Shown here piece after piece: positions 10,652 to 20,586 of a DNA stretch of 64,000 nucleotides. The DNA is taken from positions 80,546 through 144,545 of IMG/VR virus record IMGVR_UViG_3300030616_000506. One strand, written 5' to 3'. This DNA comes from a virus. Numbering within the stretch: position 1 is the first letter of the stretch; each line of letters starts with the position of its first letter. The notes under the pieces are model-generated. The model worked only from the letters and a program-made list of their open reading frames with translations, made no database searches and was not told the DNA's origin. A program made the translations under genes and the position numbers.

Positions 10652-10971
10652 ATCTTACTCACCATTAATTTATCTATATACTCTTGATATGTGATATTAT
10701 TTAAATCCTCTAAATTATTTATAGCTTCTAAAGCTTCATATATATCTATTGTATATTCTCCATCTTTAAATTTAATTTTAATATTTTCTCCACTGGATAC
10801 GGGCTGTCCTAGTAATTTCAAATCTATGTTAGCGTAAGGATTATCCTCAGCACTCATTTCTATATTGTATGCAGTCATCCCCCATAATTTAAATGCAAAT
10901 TTAGATCCATTATCACCCATAGTTATAATCATGTAATCTCCGTTCATTTGAATTGATCTGTCCTTCTTCAT
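10648..10971 (-). CDS. Hypothetical protein with shared C-terminal tag (DKLMVSKI)
   Basis: ORF track; tag motif; ATGA overlap with next gene. Confidence 0.6.
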   Translation of the reverse strand: MKKDRSIQMNGDYMIITMGDNGSKFAFKLWGMTAYNIEMSAEDNPYANIDLKLLGQPVSSGENIKIKFKDGEYTIDIYEALEAINNLEDLNNITYQEYIDKLMVSKI

Positions 10972-11065
10972 AATCTTACCGCCATTATAGCTTCTCCATA
11001 TTCATTTATATCCATATGTATAACTATTTGGAGAAGTAGTTGTAGTATAATATGCAGTAATACCT

Positions 11066-11422
11066 TTAATTTCTACCATACGAATCTTCTAACCTTACAA
11101 TATCTTCCTCTTTACATTCTCCGATTTGTATTTCTACAAATATAAAGTCTTTATCATCTGATAAATTTTCTGCTCGGTGAATCATTCCTCTCGGAATATC
11201 TATATTATATCCCTTACTACAATACACTTTATCTTCATCTCTTGTTATTATACCTTCTCCTTCTACCACTATCCAATATTCATCTCTCTTTCTATGAACT
11301 TGCTTACTGAGTCTCTGATTTGGTTTAATTACAATCCTCTTAACCTTATAATTAGGTTTTTCTAAGATTAGTGCGTATGATCCCCACGGTTTAAGAGTTA
11401 TCTCTTCACAATATATTTCCAT
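11066..11422 (-). CDS. Cupin, mannose-6-phosphate isomerase type II C-terminal domain
   Basis: KPWGSY, LSKQVH..RDEYW, HRAEN, EIQIG..EEDIVRLEDSYGR. Confidence 0.9.
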   Translation of the reverse strand: MEIYCEEITLKPWGSYALILEKPNYKVKRIVIKPNQRLSKQVHRKRDEYWIVVEGEGIITRDEDKVYCSKGYNIDIPRGMIHRAENLSDDKDFIFVEIQIGECKEEDIVRLEDSYGRN

Positions 11423-11719
11423 ATTTATCTTCCAAATGTTATAATTAAAATTGCCATTATTATCTTATCAACTATCCATAAAGCTATAAGCCATGAGGTT
11501 TTTTTATCTATAGATGCTGTATCCTCTACAATGTCATCAACATCAACTGATATTTCTTCTATTTGTCCATTTTCTAGTTTATTCATATTTCATACTCTTG
11601 TACTGGATAAGGTCCTAATATCATATCTCTCTCACAGAAACACATAGGACATCTTGGTGGTGCATAAGTCGGAACTGTGAAAAACTCTTCACATCTTTTA
11701 CAATAATACTTATATTCCA

Positions 11720-12025
11720 TTAATATCTCTTCCTATGTAATTTAGGTCTCTTTATATTCTTAATCATTTTCTTATTTATTTCGTTCTCTATATCTATATC
11801 TAGATATCCACAAAGATCAAATAATCTTATAAAGGTATCAGCTATCTCTTCCTTAAAGTTATCCTTATCTCCAAGTCTATCTGCTTCACAAGCTTCTCCT
11901 AGCTCTGTAACTATAAGCATTAATTTAGTTGGTATATCATTAGATGCATTCCAAAATCCTTTTTCCTTAGCTATTCTATGACATTCTATTACATAATCAT
12001 TTATATCATACATTATTCCCACCAT
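11720..12025 (-). CDS. MazG-like nucleotide pyrophosphohydrolase
   Basis: KGFW, LIVTELGEACEA, EEIADTFIRLFDL. Confidence 0.85.
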   Translation of the reverse strand: MVGIMYDINDYVIECHRIAKEKGFWNASNDIPTKLMLIVTELGEACEADRLGDKDNFKEEIADTFIRLFDLCGYLDIDIENEINKKMIKNIKRPKLHRKRY

Positions 12026-12466
12026 CTATTATTACAATGATTGCATTCAAATAATCTTTCTTCAATTAATTTCCATATAACTCTATGTACCCATCTTCTT
12101 CTATATTTATTTAATTTCTTTATATTTCTAGATCCACACTCTGGGCACTTCTTTTTATAGAAATTCCATATCTTGCTCATTATTTCCAAGTTTCCTTATC
12201 TAGTTCTTCCTCTACCTCTGGATATCTCAATAATAATTCTGTGATTATAGCTTCTATAGTTTCAAAGTTATCGTTGTCTTTCAGTATTTTATATTCATCT
12301 CTAACTAACTCTAATTCATATACTGCTCTTAATATATGTCTATCAATATCTATATTACTCATTTTCTTTCTCCTTCCATTTACATCTTTTATTCTCTTCA
12401 TCCCACCATATACAATCATTAAATGACTGACCACATTCTAATCCGTAGCCAGTCACAAAACTAATA

Positions 12467-13207
12467 TCACAAAGTGGCACTCATATCTCCTAAGCCCACT
12501 AAGCCATCTCTATCATGAGCTAACCACTTAATTAACTCATTTTTATTTGGATCAGAACTATTATACCAATAATTAATCCAATAATTATATTTAGCTACTG
12601 ATGCACTTAGTGCCTGCTTAAAGGTATACCCATCACATAGGGCTTTCCATAATTCATTTGATGATTCATAGAATCCCTTAGCATATTTATCATCGTATGG
12701 ATCTCTCATTATGGATCCTTCTGTCAACCAAGTCCATGATATATTAAATCCAGCATAAGATTTAGCTCCAGTAGCTATCATTGCTGGTCCAAGTAGATTT
12801 GCTGTTAAGCATGATAACAAATAAATAATTTTACCTTTTGTCTTAGCACATTCTATTGATGTAAATATCGGTTTTTCATCATCACCTGTATATATACTGG
12901 GAGCTCCATGTCCAAAACCATGAATGCTAGCTGGTTTATATTTATCTATTAATTCATATATCTTAGTCTTCTTAGCATCAGTTGCTCTTATGTCTATTAT
13001 ATCCCATTTATTCTTACTATCTGCATCGATAACTGAATGATACAAACCATTATAACCATGAGTACAGTAATGACAATTTTTTGGTCTAATAAACATCATA
13101 TTATTTTTCTCTGTATCATCTGGTTCTTTAGTCTTATTATACCACCAATATAAGAATAATACTGCACCTACTATAACTGCTCCTATTAAGACTTCTATCC
13201 AACCCAT
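12467..13207 (-). CDS. Membrane-anchored clan CD (gingipain/caspase-fold, C25-like) cysteine peptidase
   Basis: N-terminal TM helix; GHG and LSCLT putative His/Cys dyad; C-terminal LGD motif. Confidence 0.6.
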   Translation of the reverse strand: MGWIEVLIGAVIVGAVLFLYWWYNKTKEPDDTEKNNMMFIRPKNCHYCTHGYNGLYHSVIDADSKNKWDIIDIRATDAKKTKIYELIDKYKPASIHGFGHGAPSIYTGDDEKPIFTSIECAKTKGKIIYLLSCLTANLLGPAMIATGAKSYAGFNISWTWLTEGSIMRDPYDDKYAKGFYESSNELWKALCDGYTFKQALSASVAKYNYWINYWYNSSDPNKNELIKWLAHDRDGLVGLGDMSATL

Positions 13208-13217
13208 AGATATACCT

Positions 13218-13421
13218 CTATTGATTTTTTAATTTCTTGAGTTCATCTTGCAGTTTCTTCTCTGCCATCATGAATTCAATACCTTCATCGGTTTCATTTT
13301 CCACAGCTTCTAATATTTGTTCAGGAGTCCACTCTCTACCCATAGTATATACAGATATAAGTTCTCCTTCATCATATTTCTTTTTTATATCTTCCTTCAA
13401 TTTATTCCAGGATATTCTCAT
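13218..13421 (-). CDS. Small acidic protein, paralog of C-terminal half of 14123..14461
   Basis: WTPEQILEAVENETDEG vs FTPDQQMEEIRKRSRFG. Confidence 0.55.
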   Translation of the reverse strand: MRISWNKLKEDIKKKYDEGELISVYTMGREWTPEQILEAVENETDEGIEFMMAEKKLQDELKKLKNQ

Positions 13422-13439
13422 TATATCCCTCCTTAAATC

Positions 13440-14126
13440 TTAATTTAAAACATTTATGAATATATTTTCTACATCCGTAACTACTTCTTCATTATCATCC
13501 ACTTCAATTAACTTTGCATTCATATTTCCTAAAAATACTAATGTATCCCTATTCCATATTAGATGTGCAGGAGAGTACCCTTGTTGTATCAATTGATCTA
13601 TACAATAATCATATTTATCCAACATTCTGTCCTTAGCCTCATCGAAAGTGTCTCCATCCATTAGTGCTATCCACAACTCACACTCTGCATCTCTGTATTC
13701 CCATTTAGTTGATGCCCAGAATATGTCATTATGTCCACAGAATGCTACTCCTCCATTATTAATTATATAACAACCTATTCCATTATCTGCTCCAGTGTGG
13801 CAAGATATAAAGTGAACTATTCTATCTGGACTTAAGATATCCATATGTCCTTGGTCACCACACCACCACACCATTTTAGTATCATGTCCACTTATAGTCC
13901 ATTTACTTCCATGTCCTTCTTCCAGTATTCCTCTAGGATTAGTATCACTAACAGATTGTCTTACATTAGGTCCAACTGCGTTCTCTTTAGTTATATTTAT
14001 TATATCCCATAATCCTAAATTTTCTGCATAAGGTTTGACATAATATTGTATCCAATCATGTATGTACTTACATGCATTGTCTTGATATGGACACACAAAT
14101 GTCATCTTTGAATTATCACTATTCAT
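13440..14126 (-). CDS. Clan CD (gingipain/caspase-fold, C25-like) cysteine peptidase, paralog of 12467..13207
   Basis: GHG and ISCHT dyad, ELWIALMDGDTF vs ELWKALCDGYTF, FLGN end. Confidence 0.6.
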   Translation of the reverse strand: MNSDNSKMTFVCPYQDNACKYIHDWIQYYVKPYAENLGLWDIINITKENAVGPNVRQSVSDTNPRGILEEGHGSKWTISGHDTKMVWWCGDQGHMDILSPDRIVHFISCHTGADNGIGCYIINNGGVAFCGHNDIFWASTKWEYRDAECELWIALMDGDTFDEAKDRMLDKYDYCIDQLIQQGYSPAHLIWNRDTLVFLGNMNAKLIEVDDNEEVVTDVENIFINVLN

Positions 14127-14461
14127 ATATAATCCAATATATATTCTATAAAGTTATTTTCTATACTTAGTAGTTTTATACCAAATCTACTCCTTTTTCT
14201 GATTTCTTCCATTTGTTGGTCAGGAGTAAAGGTACCTTCACTACAAGTTATATCCATAAGTTTTCCATCTGCGTATCTCATTTCTAGTCTCAATGTTAAT
14301 AAATCCCAGTTAGGTTCATGTGTTAACGGTAAATCTATATCTTCTTTATATAAATCATTAGCTGAATAATATGTATCCTCTATTTTCAATATAGGATAAT
14401 TATCTTCTTTCAATTTTCTTAAAATTTTCATAACTTCCTTATCTATCATGTCCAACCTCAA
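14123..14461 (-). CDS. Hypothetical protein preceding peptidase
   Basis: Shares the TP(D/E)Q motif with 13218..13421. Confidence 0.5.
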   Translation of the reverse strand: MRLDMIDKEVMKILRKLKEDNYPILKIEDTYYSANDLYKEDIDLPLTHEPNWDLLTLRLEMRYADGKLMDITCSEGTFTPDQQMEEIRKRSRFGIKLLSIENNFIEYILDYI

Positions 14462-14732
14462 TAGTATATGTAGTATTTTCTTCTATACCGTTCCATTCAC
14501 TAGTTATATGTTCTCTATAACCCCAGAACCACCAATGTTTTAGATTATAAGAGCAATCAACTACATCTCCTTTCTTTCTTATCCTAGAGATAATTTTATA
14601 TTTTTTAAATGGCCATATTAAAAACCATTCTCTCCAGTATATATCAAAGGGAACTTTAGAGGCAACTTTCTTTGGTGCCTCTACTTTACTTATCCATATT
14701 ATTGGCATATTAATCTTATTTAATATAACCAA
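14439..14732 (-). CDS. Ig-like beta-sandwich protein (putative)
   Basis: APKKV...FDI...IEVG pattern shared with 14716..15027. Confidence 0.35.
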   Translation of the reverse strand: MVILNKINMPIIWISKVEAPKKVASKVPFDIYWREWFLIWPFKKYKIISRIRKKGDVVDCSYNLKHWWFWGYREHITSEWNGIEENTTYTIEVGHDR

Positions 14733-15027
14733 CTTCTAATACAACTTCTAATGTTTCTGTTATACCAGTATTAAATGTAACTACTTTATTTACTGTTCCA
14801 CCAGATGGTATTGTTTCTTCCCAATTATCATAAGTAGTATCGGTATCATAAAGTTTACCGAAACAAGTATCCGTTGCACCATTATTTGTACAATCATATG
14901 ATATATCGAAGGATTCTCCTGATTCTACTTCAGTTGGATAAGTTAAATTATTAATACTACAATTAGCATGTTGTATTATTGATATTGAAATATTTTTTGT
15001 ATCCGTTATTACTTCTACCATATTCAT
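14716..15027 (-). CDS. CARDB/Ig-like beta-sandwich protein
   Basis: YPTEVESGESFDISY..TNNG...LEVG pattern typical of archaeal surface Ig-like modules. Confidence 0.5.
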   Translation of the reverse strand: MNMVEVITDTKNISISIIQHANCSINNLTYPTEVESGESFDISYDCTNNGATDTCFGKLYDTDTTYDNWEETIPSGGTVNKVVTFNTGITETLEVVLEVGYIK

Positions 15028-15070
15028 TACTCCTATTTATTTTTCTTTATTGACATTTAAACTTTCTTAC

Positions 15071-15268
15071 TTACTCTCTTGTTAATGTTGCTCCACATTT
15101 AGGACATTTTCTAGTATTACATGGTTCTGCCCATGTATGTTCAGTTTTATATCCACAAGATGGACATACACAGTTTCCACCTGGTCCACTTCCAGGTTTA
15201 TCTCCTTGTGGATATCTACCTCTACCTGGTCTTTGGAATCTAGTTCCTCTACCTCTTCTTGGTCTCAT
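15071..15268 (-). CDS. Gly/Arg-rich zinc-binding microprotein (GPGGxCxCPxCG type)
   Basis: GPGGNCVCPSCG...PCNTRKCPKCG. Confidence 0.7.
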   Translation of the reverse strand: MRPRRGRGTRFQRPGRGRYPQGDKPGSGPGGNCVCPSCGYKTEHTWAEPCNTRKCPKCGATLTRE

Positions 15269-15304
15269 ATTTATTCTCCTTAAGTTTTATACATTAAACA
15301 TAAA

Positions 15305-15607
15305 TTAGTCTTTTCCTAATTTACAAATTCTTGCAAACCAATAGTGATAGTTATAATATAGTAATGTATTAAATATATTCCATACTATAGATGAGCTTAT
15401 AGCCCATTCCCATTTCCAAGTATTTGCTGTTATTCCATAGAAGAAATACCAAAATATACTTTGGATTAATATAATATGTAATCTATATATTATACCACTT
15501 AATAATAACCTATCAGCCCTTATTTTTCTTAATTTCATTTTATTCTCAATCCTACTATAAATCCTATTATTATTAATATAAGACCATAGAACTCGTGACC
15601 TAACCAA
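15305..15607 (-). CDS. Small membrane protein (DUF2061-like); true start probably MKLRK
   Basis: Two hydrophobic helices, LYYNYHYW resembling the DUF2061 C-terminal motif. Confidence 0.45.
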   Translation of the reverse strand: MVRSRVLWSYINNNRIYSRIENKMKLRKIRADRLLLSGIIYRLHIILIQSIFWYFFYGITANTWKWEWAISSSIVWNIFNTLLYYNYHYWFARICKLGKD

Positions 15608-15709
15608 TCTCCCCAGTCAAATCCACCCCAAGTCATAAGGTGTTCTATCAATAAGGTAGCTCCTACAATTATTGCACATAGAGAAATTAATTTCTTAATA
15701 TATTCCCAA

Positions 15710-15931
15710 TCAATCATTTACTTCTTCCAATAGAAGCTTTTCAAATAAGCCTCTTCCTACTGATAACTTATTTCCATTTAAACTTACAACATATGGTCCA
15801 TGTAATGGTTGAACGGTTACTATCTTTACTTTTCTACCTATATTTAATCCCATAGTAATAAACTTAGATCTAGCAGTTCTACCACAAATATACCCACATA
15901 TTTCGTAGGTTTTACCTTCTTCTACATCCAT
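15710..15931 (-). CDS. feoA: FeoA domain protein
   Basis: MGLNIGRKVKIV..QPLHGP...LSVGRG pattern. Confidence 0.82.
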   Translation of the reverse strand: MDVEEGKTYEICGYICGRTARSKFITMGLNIGRKVKIVTVQPLHGPYVVSLNGNKLSVGRGLFEKLLLEEVND

Positions 15932-16206
15932 TATTTTCCAAGACCTATTAATTTAATGAACCAGTTACTTCTCATTTTGTCCATATCTTTTTTAAGGTTG
16001 TTATAATCTTTATTAAGCTCGTCTATAGTATTATTTATTTTCTTAAACATATCTTTTACTTCTTCAACTGTTTCTTGTGTATCATCAATAAGATCATTGA
16101 CATTATCTACAAAGTCTTCTATCTTCTCAACTCTATCTTGCCATTTCTTAATACGAGCCTCTATCTCTTTTCTTAATTGTTCTAATCTCTGTAAAAATGT
16201 TACCAT
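15931..16206 (-). CDS. Coiled-coil protein
   Basis: Heptad pattern over nearly the whole length. Confidence 0.5.
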   Translation of the reverse strand: MVTFLQRLEQLRKEIEARIKKWQDRVEKIEDFVDNVNDLIDDTQETVEEVKDMFKKINNTIDELNKDYNNLKKDMDKMRSNWFIKLIGLGK

Positions 16207-16515
16207 ATTATCACCTAAATACTCCTGCTAATGCAGCCAATATCATAGCAGAAAATGATATCACTATAGCTAATATACTTGTATCCTTAGCTAATTCTAA
16301 TCTATAATCTCTAAGAGCATCCTTAGTTATATATAAATCAACTGGTGCTCTTGTAAGTTTAGCTTTAAGGATATCTTCTATATGCTCTTTATTAGCATAA
16401 GCTCTTCCACATTTATTGCATTTCTTTTGATTATAGAAATACTTACATCTCTTATGTCTACAAGGTTCTTTCTTATATCCTAACATTTCATCATCAGTTC
16501 CTTCAACCATTATTA

Positions 16516-17400
16516 TCACTTCTTATTCAACTTCTTCTTCCAAGCTTGATACTCTGGATTATTAACTTCATATTTATTATACATTTTAACAATCCAATCT
16601 TTAAGGTTTAAATTATTAATATCCTTAGGTATTTCTTCTTTTTTGTTTATCCAAATTGGAACTGTACCTAAAACTGGATGTTTCTCCATACCATGGAAGT
16701 GTCCTACATCTGGCATTCCATCCATTGGTCCAAAGGATTCTCCGTGATCAGCAAAGCATATTATAGTTTCATTATTGTTACAAATATCTCTAAGCCCTGT
16801 TAGTACCTGAACTGCATTATTAACTCCCTGCATATATAAATCCTTCATCTTCTGAGGATTTTGTGAACATAATCTTCTCATAACCTTAGATCCATTCATT
16901 ATCTCTGGTGACTCAACATGCCCCTTACTATCAAATATACTAAAGTTACCATGAGTTATAAAGGTATGGAACCATATCATATCCCACCAATAAGGTGATG
17001 TTCCAGACCACTTCATACCGAAGTATCTATATATATCTGGATCCCAATTGCTTACCGCATTCCACTTAATAGGAGGTAAAAACTTAAAGTTACCTACTCT
17101 ACTTGGAGGTAACGGCATGGTTCTGGTTTCTGGACCAATTAATCTACCTAAACTTATATATGAATTAAAGTGGTCAAATAACATATCATCTATTACATCT
17201 TTATTAAGAGTAGCAGTGAAATCACTAGTATCTCTATTTAAACCTAATTCTTCTGGAGTTTTACCTGTCATAGTTGATGCTACTACTGGTGCAGTAAACC
17301 CAGCTATTGTTCTATAAGAACCCCATGTTTCTTCTGGGAATATTCCATGTAAAGGTTCGGTCATATCAACCCTTAATGAATCCCATAATATGACTAACAT
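16516..17400 (-). CDS. Alkaline phosphatase/sulfatase superfamily protein (Thr nucleophile type)
   Basis: ILWDSLRVD, TAPVVASTMTG, FADHGE and downstream His motifs. Confidence 0.75.
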   Translation of the reverse strand: MLVILWDSLRVDMTEPLHGIFPEETWGSYRTIAGFTAPVVASTMTGKTPEELGLNRDTSDFTATLNKDVIDDMLFDHFNSYISLGRLIGPETRTMPLPPSRVGNFKFLPPIKWNAVSNWDPDIYRYFGMKWSGTSPYWWDMIWFHTFITHGNFSIFDSKGHVESPEIMNGSKVMRRLCSQNPQKMKDLYMQGVNNAVQVLTGLRDICNNNETIICFADHGESFGPMDGMPDVGHFHGMEKHPVLGTVPIWINKKEEIPKDINNLNLKDWIVKMYNKYEVNNPEYQAWKKKLNKK

Positions 17401-17590
17401 TATTCATCCACCATTATCCATTCATATTCTTCATTTTTCTTTTTATACATATCTGTTCTTTCTTTAATATGTTTAATACAAATACTGTAACCATCTACTA
17501 CTAAATCAGTTTCAGTATCTATTCCTTCAGCTAAACAATAAACACATCTCATTGTGCTTTCCTCGATAATACTTTTAATCTAAAGAAATA

Positions 17591-17608
17591 GAGGAGTATT
17601 ATCTCCTC
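17591..17608 (-). terminator. Short hairpin with T-rich tail downstream of CSP gene
   Basis: GAGGAG-TATTAT-CTCCTC inverted repeat followed by TATTTCTTT on the minus strand. Confidence 0.4.
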
Positions 17609-17649
17609 AAATTTTTACCAACAATATAAATAATCATAATTAATCCTAA

Positions 17650-17841
17650 TTATAACTTAACTATATCGACTGCCTCAAGACCTTTATCAGTCTCATGTGT
17701 GTTAAATTCCACTTCATCTCCCTCATAGAGTTCAATTTCTTGTGGAATTGCTGTTCTATGTACAAAAATATCCTTATCATCTTCGACTTCTATAAAGCCA
17801 AATCCTTTTCTAGAATTGTACCATTTTACGGTTCCTTTCAT
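17650..17841 (-). CDS. csp: Cold-shock domain protein
   Basis: MKGTVKWYNSRKGFGFI (RNP1) and DIFVH (RNP2); start moved to 17841 from the ORF-track start. Confidence 0.95.
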   Translation of the reverse strand: MKGTVKWYNSRKGFGFIEVEDDKDIFVHRTAIPQEIELYEGDEVEFNTHETDKGLEAVDIVKL

Positions 17842-17863
17842 ATTCTTTCTCTTTTTCTTCTTA

Positions 17864-18505
17864 TTATACATTTCTGAGTATTTCAAATCCTTTCTTAAGG
17901 ACTTCATATACACCAACATTACATGGTAAACTTCTATATTCAAATCCATGGGTCTTTAATTCATATTCACCTAGATTTCTATCTGCTTCTTTTATAGTCC
18001 AATGAAAGTATTTATCCATCGATTTTACTATTTCCTCTATAGGTAAATCTATAACCTCTCCTGTATCTGCATCTCTTGATGAGAAATGCACATGCATTCC
18101 TGCTGTTAATCTTTTGGATTTAAAACCATCAAAGTCTTCATCAATCACACCAAGATGATGAGACTGTACGTTTTTATTATATATATTCTTTGTATAGTCA
18201 CAATCATTGAATCTATGAAGATTATATTTCTTCCAGTGATTATCTACCCATTCAGGTGATATATGATAATTAGAAAAATCTACTAGTTCCATACCAAATT
18301 TATTAGCTCTAAGTTTATATTGTAATTCTTCTTGTTGTATGGTTGTATATATAGGATAAAGTCTATCAGATGGTATACTCCTTAATTCTACTAGGAATTC
18401 AAATTCATCTCTTGGGAAGCCATATAACTTAGGTTCCATTATAGTATTATTTGAATCTATCAAGAACATTTCCTTTTCTATCCCTATCTCTCTTATCTCA
18501 CTCAT
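17864..18505 (-). CDS. COOH-NH2 ligase (glutamate-cysteine ligase/GS fold, phage type)
   Basis: IGIEKE, VELRS, GMHVHFS, GFEYRSLP motifs. Confidence 0.7.
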   Translation of the reverse strand: MSEIREIGIEKEMFLIDSNNTIMEPKLYGFPRDEFEFLVELRSIPSDRLYPIYTTIQQEELQYKLRANKFGMELVDFSNYHISPEWVDNHWKKYNLHRFNDCDYTKNIYNKNVQSHHLGVIDEDFDGFKSKRLTAGMHVHFSSRDADTGEVIDLPIEEIVKSMDKYFHWTIKEADRNLGEYELKTHGFEYRSLPCNVGVYEVLKKGFEILRNV

Positions 18506-18690
18506 TTCTGTTTCCTGCCGCCTCTTCCCATGATTATAGTATCGGATCTATTACACTCTATTTCTCCAAACCATATCTTGTTAGAATCACATTTAGGACA
18601 TTTAGATTCTAATAACTCTGATGTTAAATTGTATTCGACTAAATACCATTTATCACATTCATCACAGAATATTTTTGCTTTATTAGTCAT
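18502..18690 (-). CDS. Zinc-ribbon microprotein
   Basis: CDEC...CPKC. Confidence 0.6.
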   Translation of the reverse strand: MTNKAKIFCDECDKWYLVEYNLTSELLESKCPKCDSNKIWFGEIECNRSDTIIMGRGGRKQK

Positions 18691-18831
18691 GATTTTCTTT
18701 ATCTATCCAATTTAATTTAATAAAGGTAGATGTACATTTAGGACAGTGTATTAATTTAGGATATCCATTATTAAAGGATATCTTAAACTCTAAACCACAA
18801 TCTCTACATGTACACTCTGCAAACTTCAAAT

Positions 18832-20109
18832 CTAATCACCCGAAAGTACCTTATCAACAAAGTCTTTCCATTGTTCTCCTATTACAGTCCAAGAGCAATT
18901 CTTTTCTACCCATTTTCTTGCATTCTTACCATGCTGTTCAACTAAATCTCTGTTATAATAATATTTATTCATTACATTAGCCATATCATCAATATCAACA
19001 AGAGATCTTCTAACAGCTGCTACATCCATTTTTTGCCATAACAAATCTTTAACTTTAACTAACGATCCTCTTGGACCTGGTTTTCCTTCTTCAATTAACT
19101 CTCTAGATGTTGTATAGTCACAGCCTAGTGATGGTACTTCACATGCAAATCCTTCTATGTGAGTTAATCCAAAACCTTCTCCACCAGTACAATTTAGATT
19201 TAAATCCCATGTATTATAAACTTTAGCTACTGCTTCTCTTGGCATTCCTACTCTTTGTGGTGGTATCATCTTATTTTGAATTCCATACTTTTGAGCAAAG
19301 TAATCTATAGGCCATCCAAATTCATCTCTATAATCCATTTGCATATGTAATAATACATCTGGTTTATCTTTAGCAAATTTAGCAAATGCTTCCATGGTTC
19401 TTACGGGTTGTTTTCTTGGTTGGTTTCTATTTAAATTACCTACAATAAAGAAATTTTCTAATTGTTTTGGTTTTTTCTCAGATTTAAATACTACACTATC
19501 AACTCCATGCCATATCCTAGGTACATCCATATTGAAATATTTTTTGAATATATCCTTACCATAGTTACTCATTGCTACTACGTGATCTGCCATATTATAT
19601 ATTTGTCCCCATTGTCCCATGGGTGGGTCTCCATCTTGAGGAGCATATTGTATCCACTTAGTATCTCGAGGAAATCTTTCTGTAAATTTTTGTAATTCTC
19701 CTTTTAATTGTCTAGTTAAAGCTTCTTCAGATAATAACTTTTTTGAAGGTAAATCCATCACTTGTAATTTTACACTATTTTGGCACATTATTCCAGGAAC
19801 ATGTTGTACCATCTGAATATCATTTACTGTGAGTAATATTTCTGGTTCAAGATTATCTAATAAGACTGGTAAACTTCTATGACCAAAGTCCCATCTATTA
19901 TTACTTCTAGGTTGGTTTGCATGTTGTATCACTGTTCTTGGTTTACCTTCTATATTAAGTTTAACCTTTTGGTCTTGAACAGATTGTAAACCCAATACAT
20001 GAACATCATAGTTCTCTGCAAGAGACCATGATACACCCGCTAGATCATTAGCAAATCCAGTAGGTCCTTGTAGTGAGTCCCCAACTAATAATATCTTTTC
20101 TTTCGTCAT
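18832..20109 (-). CDS. Glycosyltransferase family 4 (GT-B)
   Basis: PTGFA, HGVD, NRNQPRK, GEGFGLTHIEGFAC. Confidence 0.9.
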   Translation of the reverse strand: MTKEKILLVGDSLQGPTGFANDLAGVSWSLAENYDVHVLGLQSVQDQKVKLNIEGKPRTVIQHANQPRSNNRWDFGHRSLPVLLDNLEPEILLTVNDIQMVQHVPGIMCQNSVKLQVMDLPSKKLLSEEALTRQLKGELQKFTERFPRDTKWIQYAPQDGDPPMGQWGQIYNMADHVVAMSNYGKDIFKKYFNMDVPRIWHGVDSVVFKSEKKPKQLENFFIVGNLNRNQPRKQPVRTMEAFAKFAKDKPDVLLHMQMDYRDEFGWPIDYFAQKYGIQNKMIPPQRVGMPREAVAKVYNTWDLNLNCTGGEGFGLTHIEGFACEVPSLGCDYTTSRELIEEGKPGPRGSLVKVKDLLWQKMDVAAVRRSLVDIDDMANVMNKYYYNRDLVEQHGKNARKWVEKNCSWTVIGEQWKDFVDKVLSGD

Positions 20110-20585
20110 TCTCCTAAAATCTCCTCATTTTCATATCTTTTGATAAATTGACAATTCATACATAATACCTGATATCCTTCTGGATAATTATTTTTTATTA
20201 ACCATTTATAAAATGGAGATCCAGAACCTATATTATATTCTCTTCTATGTTTACATCCATTTCCATCTATATGATCTATACTAAGAACTCTTATGTCTGA
20301 ATTACCACAATATTTACATTCCATAGTATTGTTAGAGTAATGTTTAATAATTTTTTCTTTGTTAACTTTACGGAGATTTCTTTGGTATTTTACTATTTCA
20401 CTTTGGTTTTCATTATAATATTTTTTAGAAGTTAAATTCCCTCCCTCTTTGTATGCTTTTCTCGAATATTTATTTTTACACTCTTTACAATAACATAATT
20501 TACTATCCATATCATCTTTAGAAAATAGATTTCCACAACCTACCTTCCCACCACAACGATACTTGTCTAATTCTTTTATATACAT
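20106..20585 (-). CDS. HNH-like endonuclease with zinc-binding motifs (probable homing endonuclease)
   Basis: CKYCG...LSIDHIDGNG...YQVLCMNC; inserted between two GT genes. Confidence 0.75.
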   Translation of the reverse strand: MYIKELDKYRCGGKVGCGNLFSKDDMDSKLCYCKECKNKYSRKAYKEGGNLTSKKYYNENQSEIVKYQRNLRKVNKEKIIKHYSNNTMECKYCGNSDIRVLSIDHIDGNGCKHRREYNIGSGSPFYKWLIKNNYPEGYQVLCMNCQFIKRYENEEILGE

Positions 20586-20586
20586 A

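Noticed and set aside
17841-17949. N-terminal extension of the CSP given by the ORF track
   Set aside because: Overlaps the ligase gene; the canonical CSP starts at MKGTVKW (17841).
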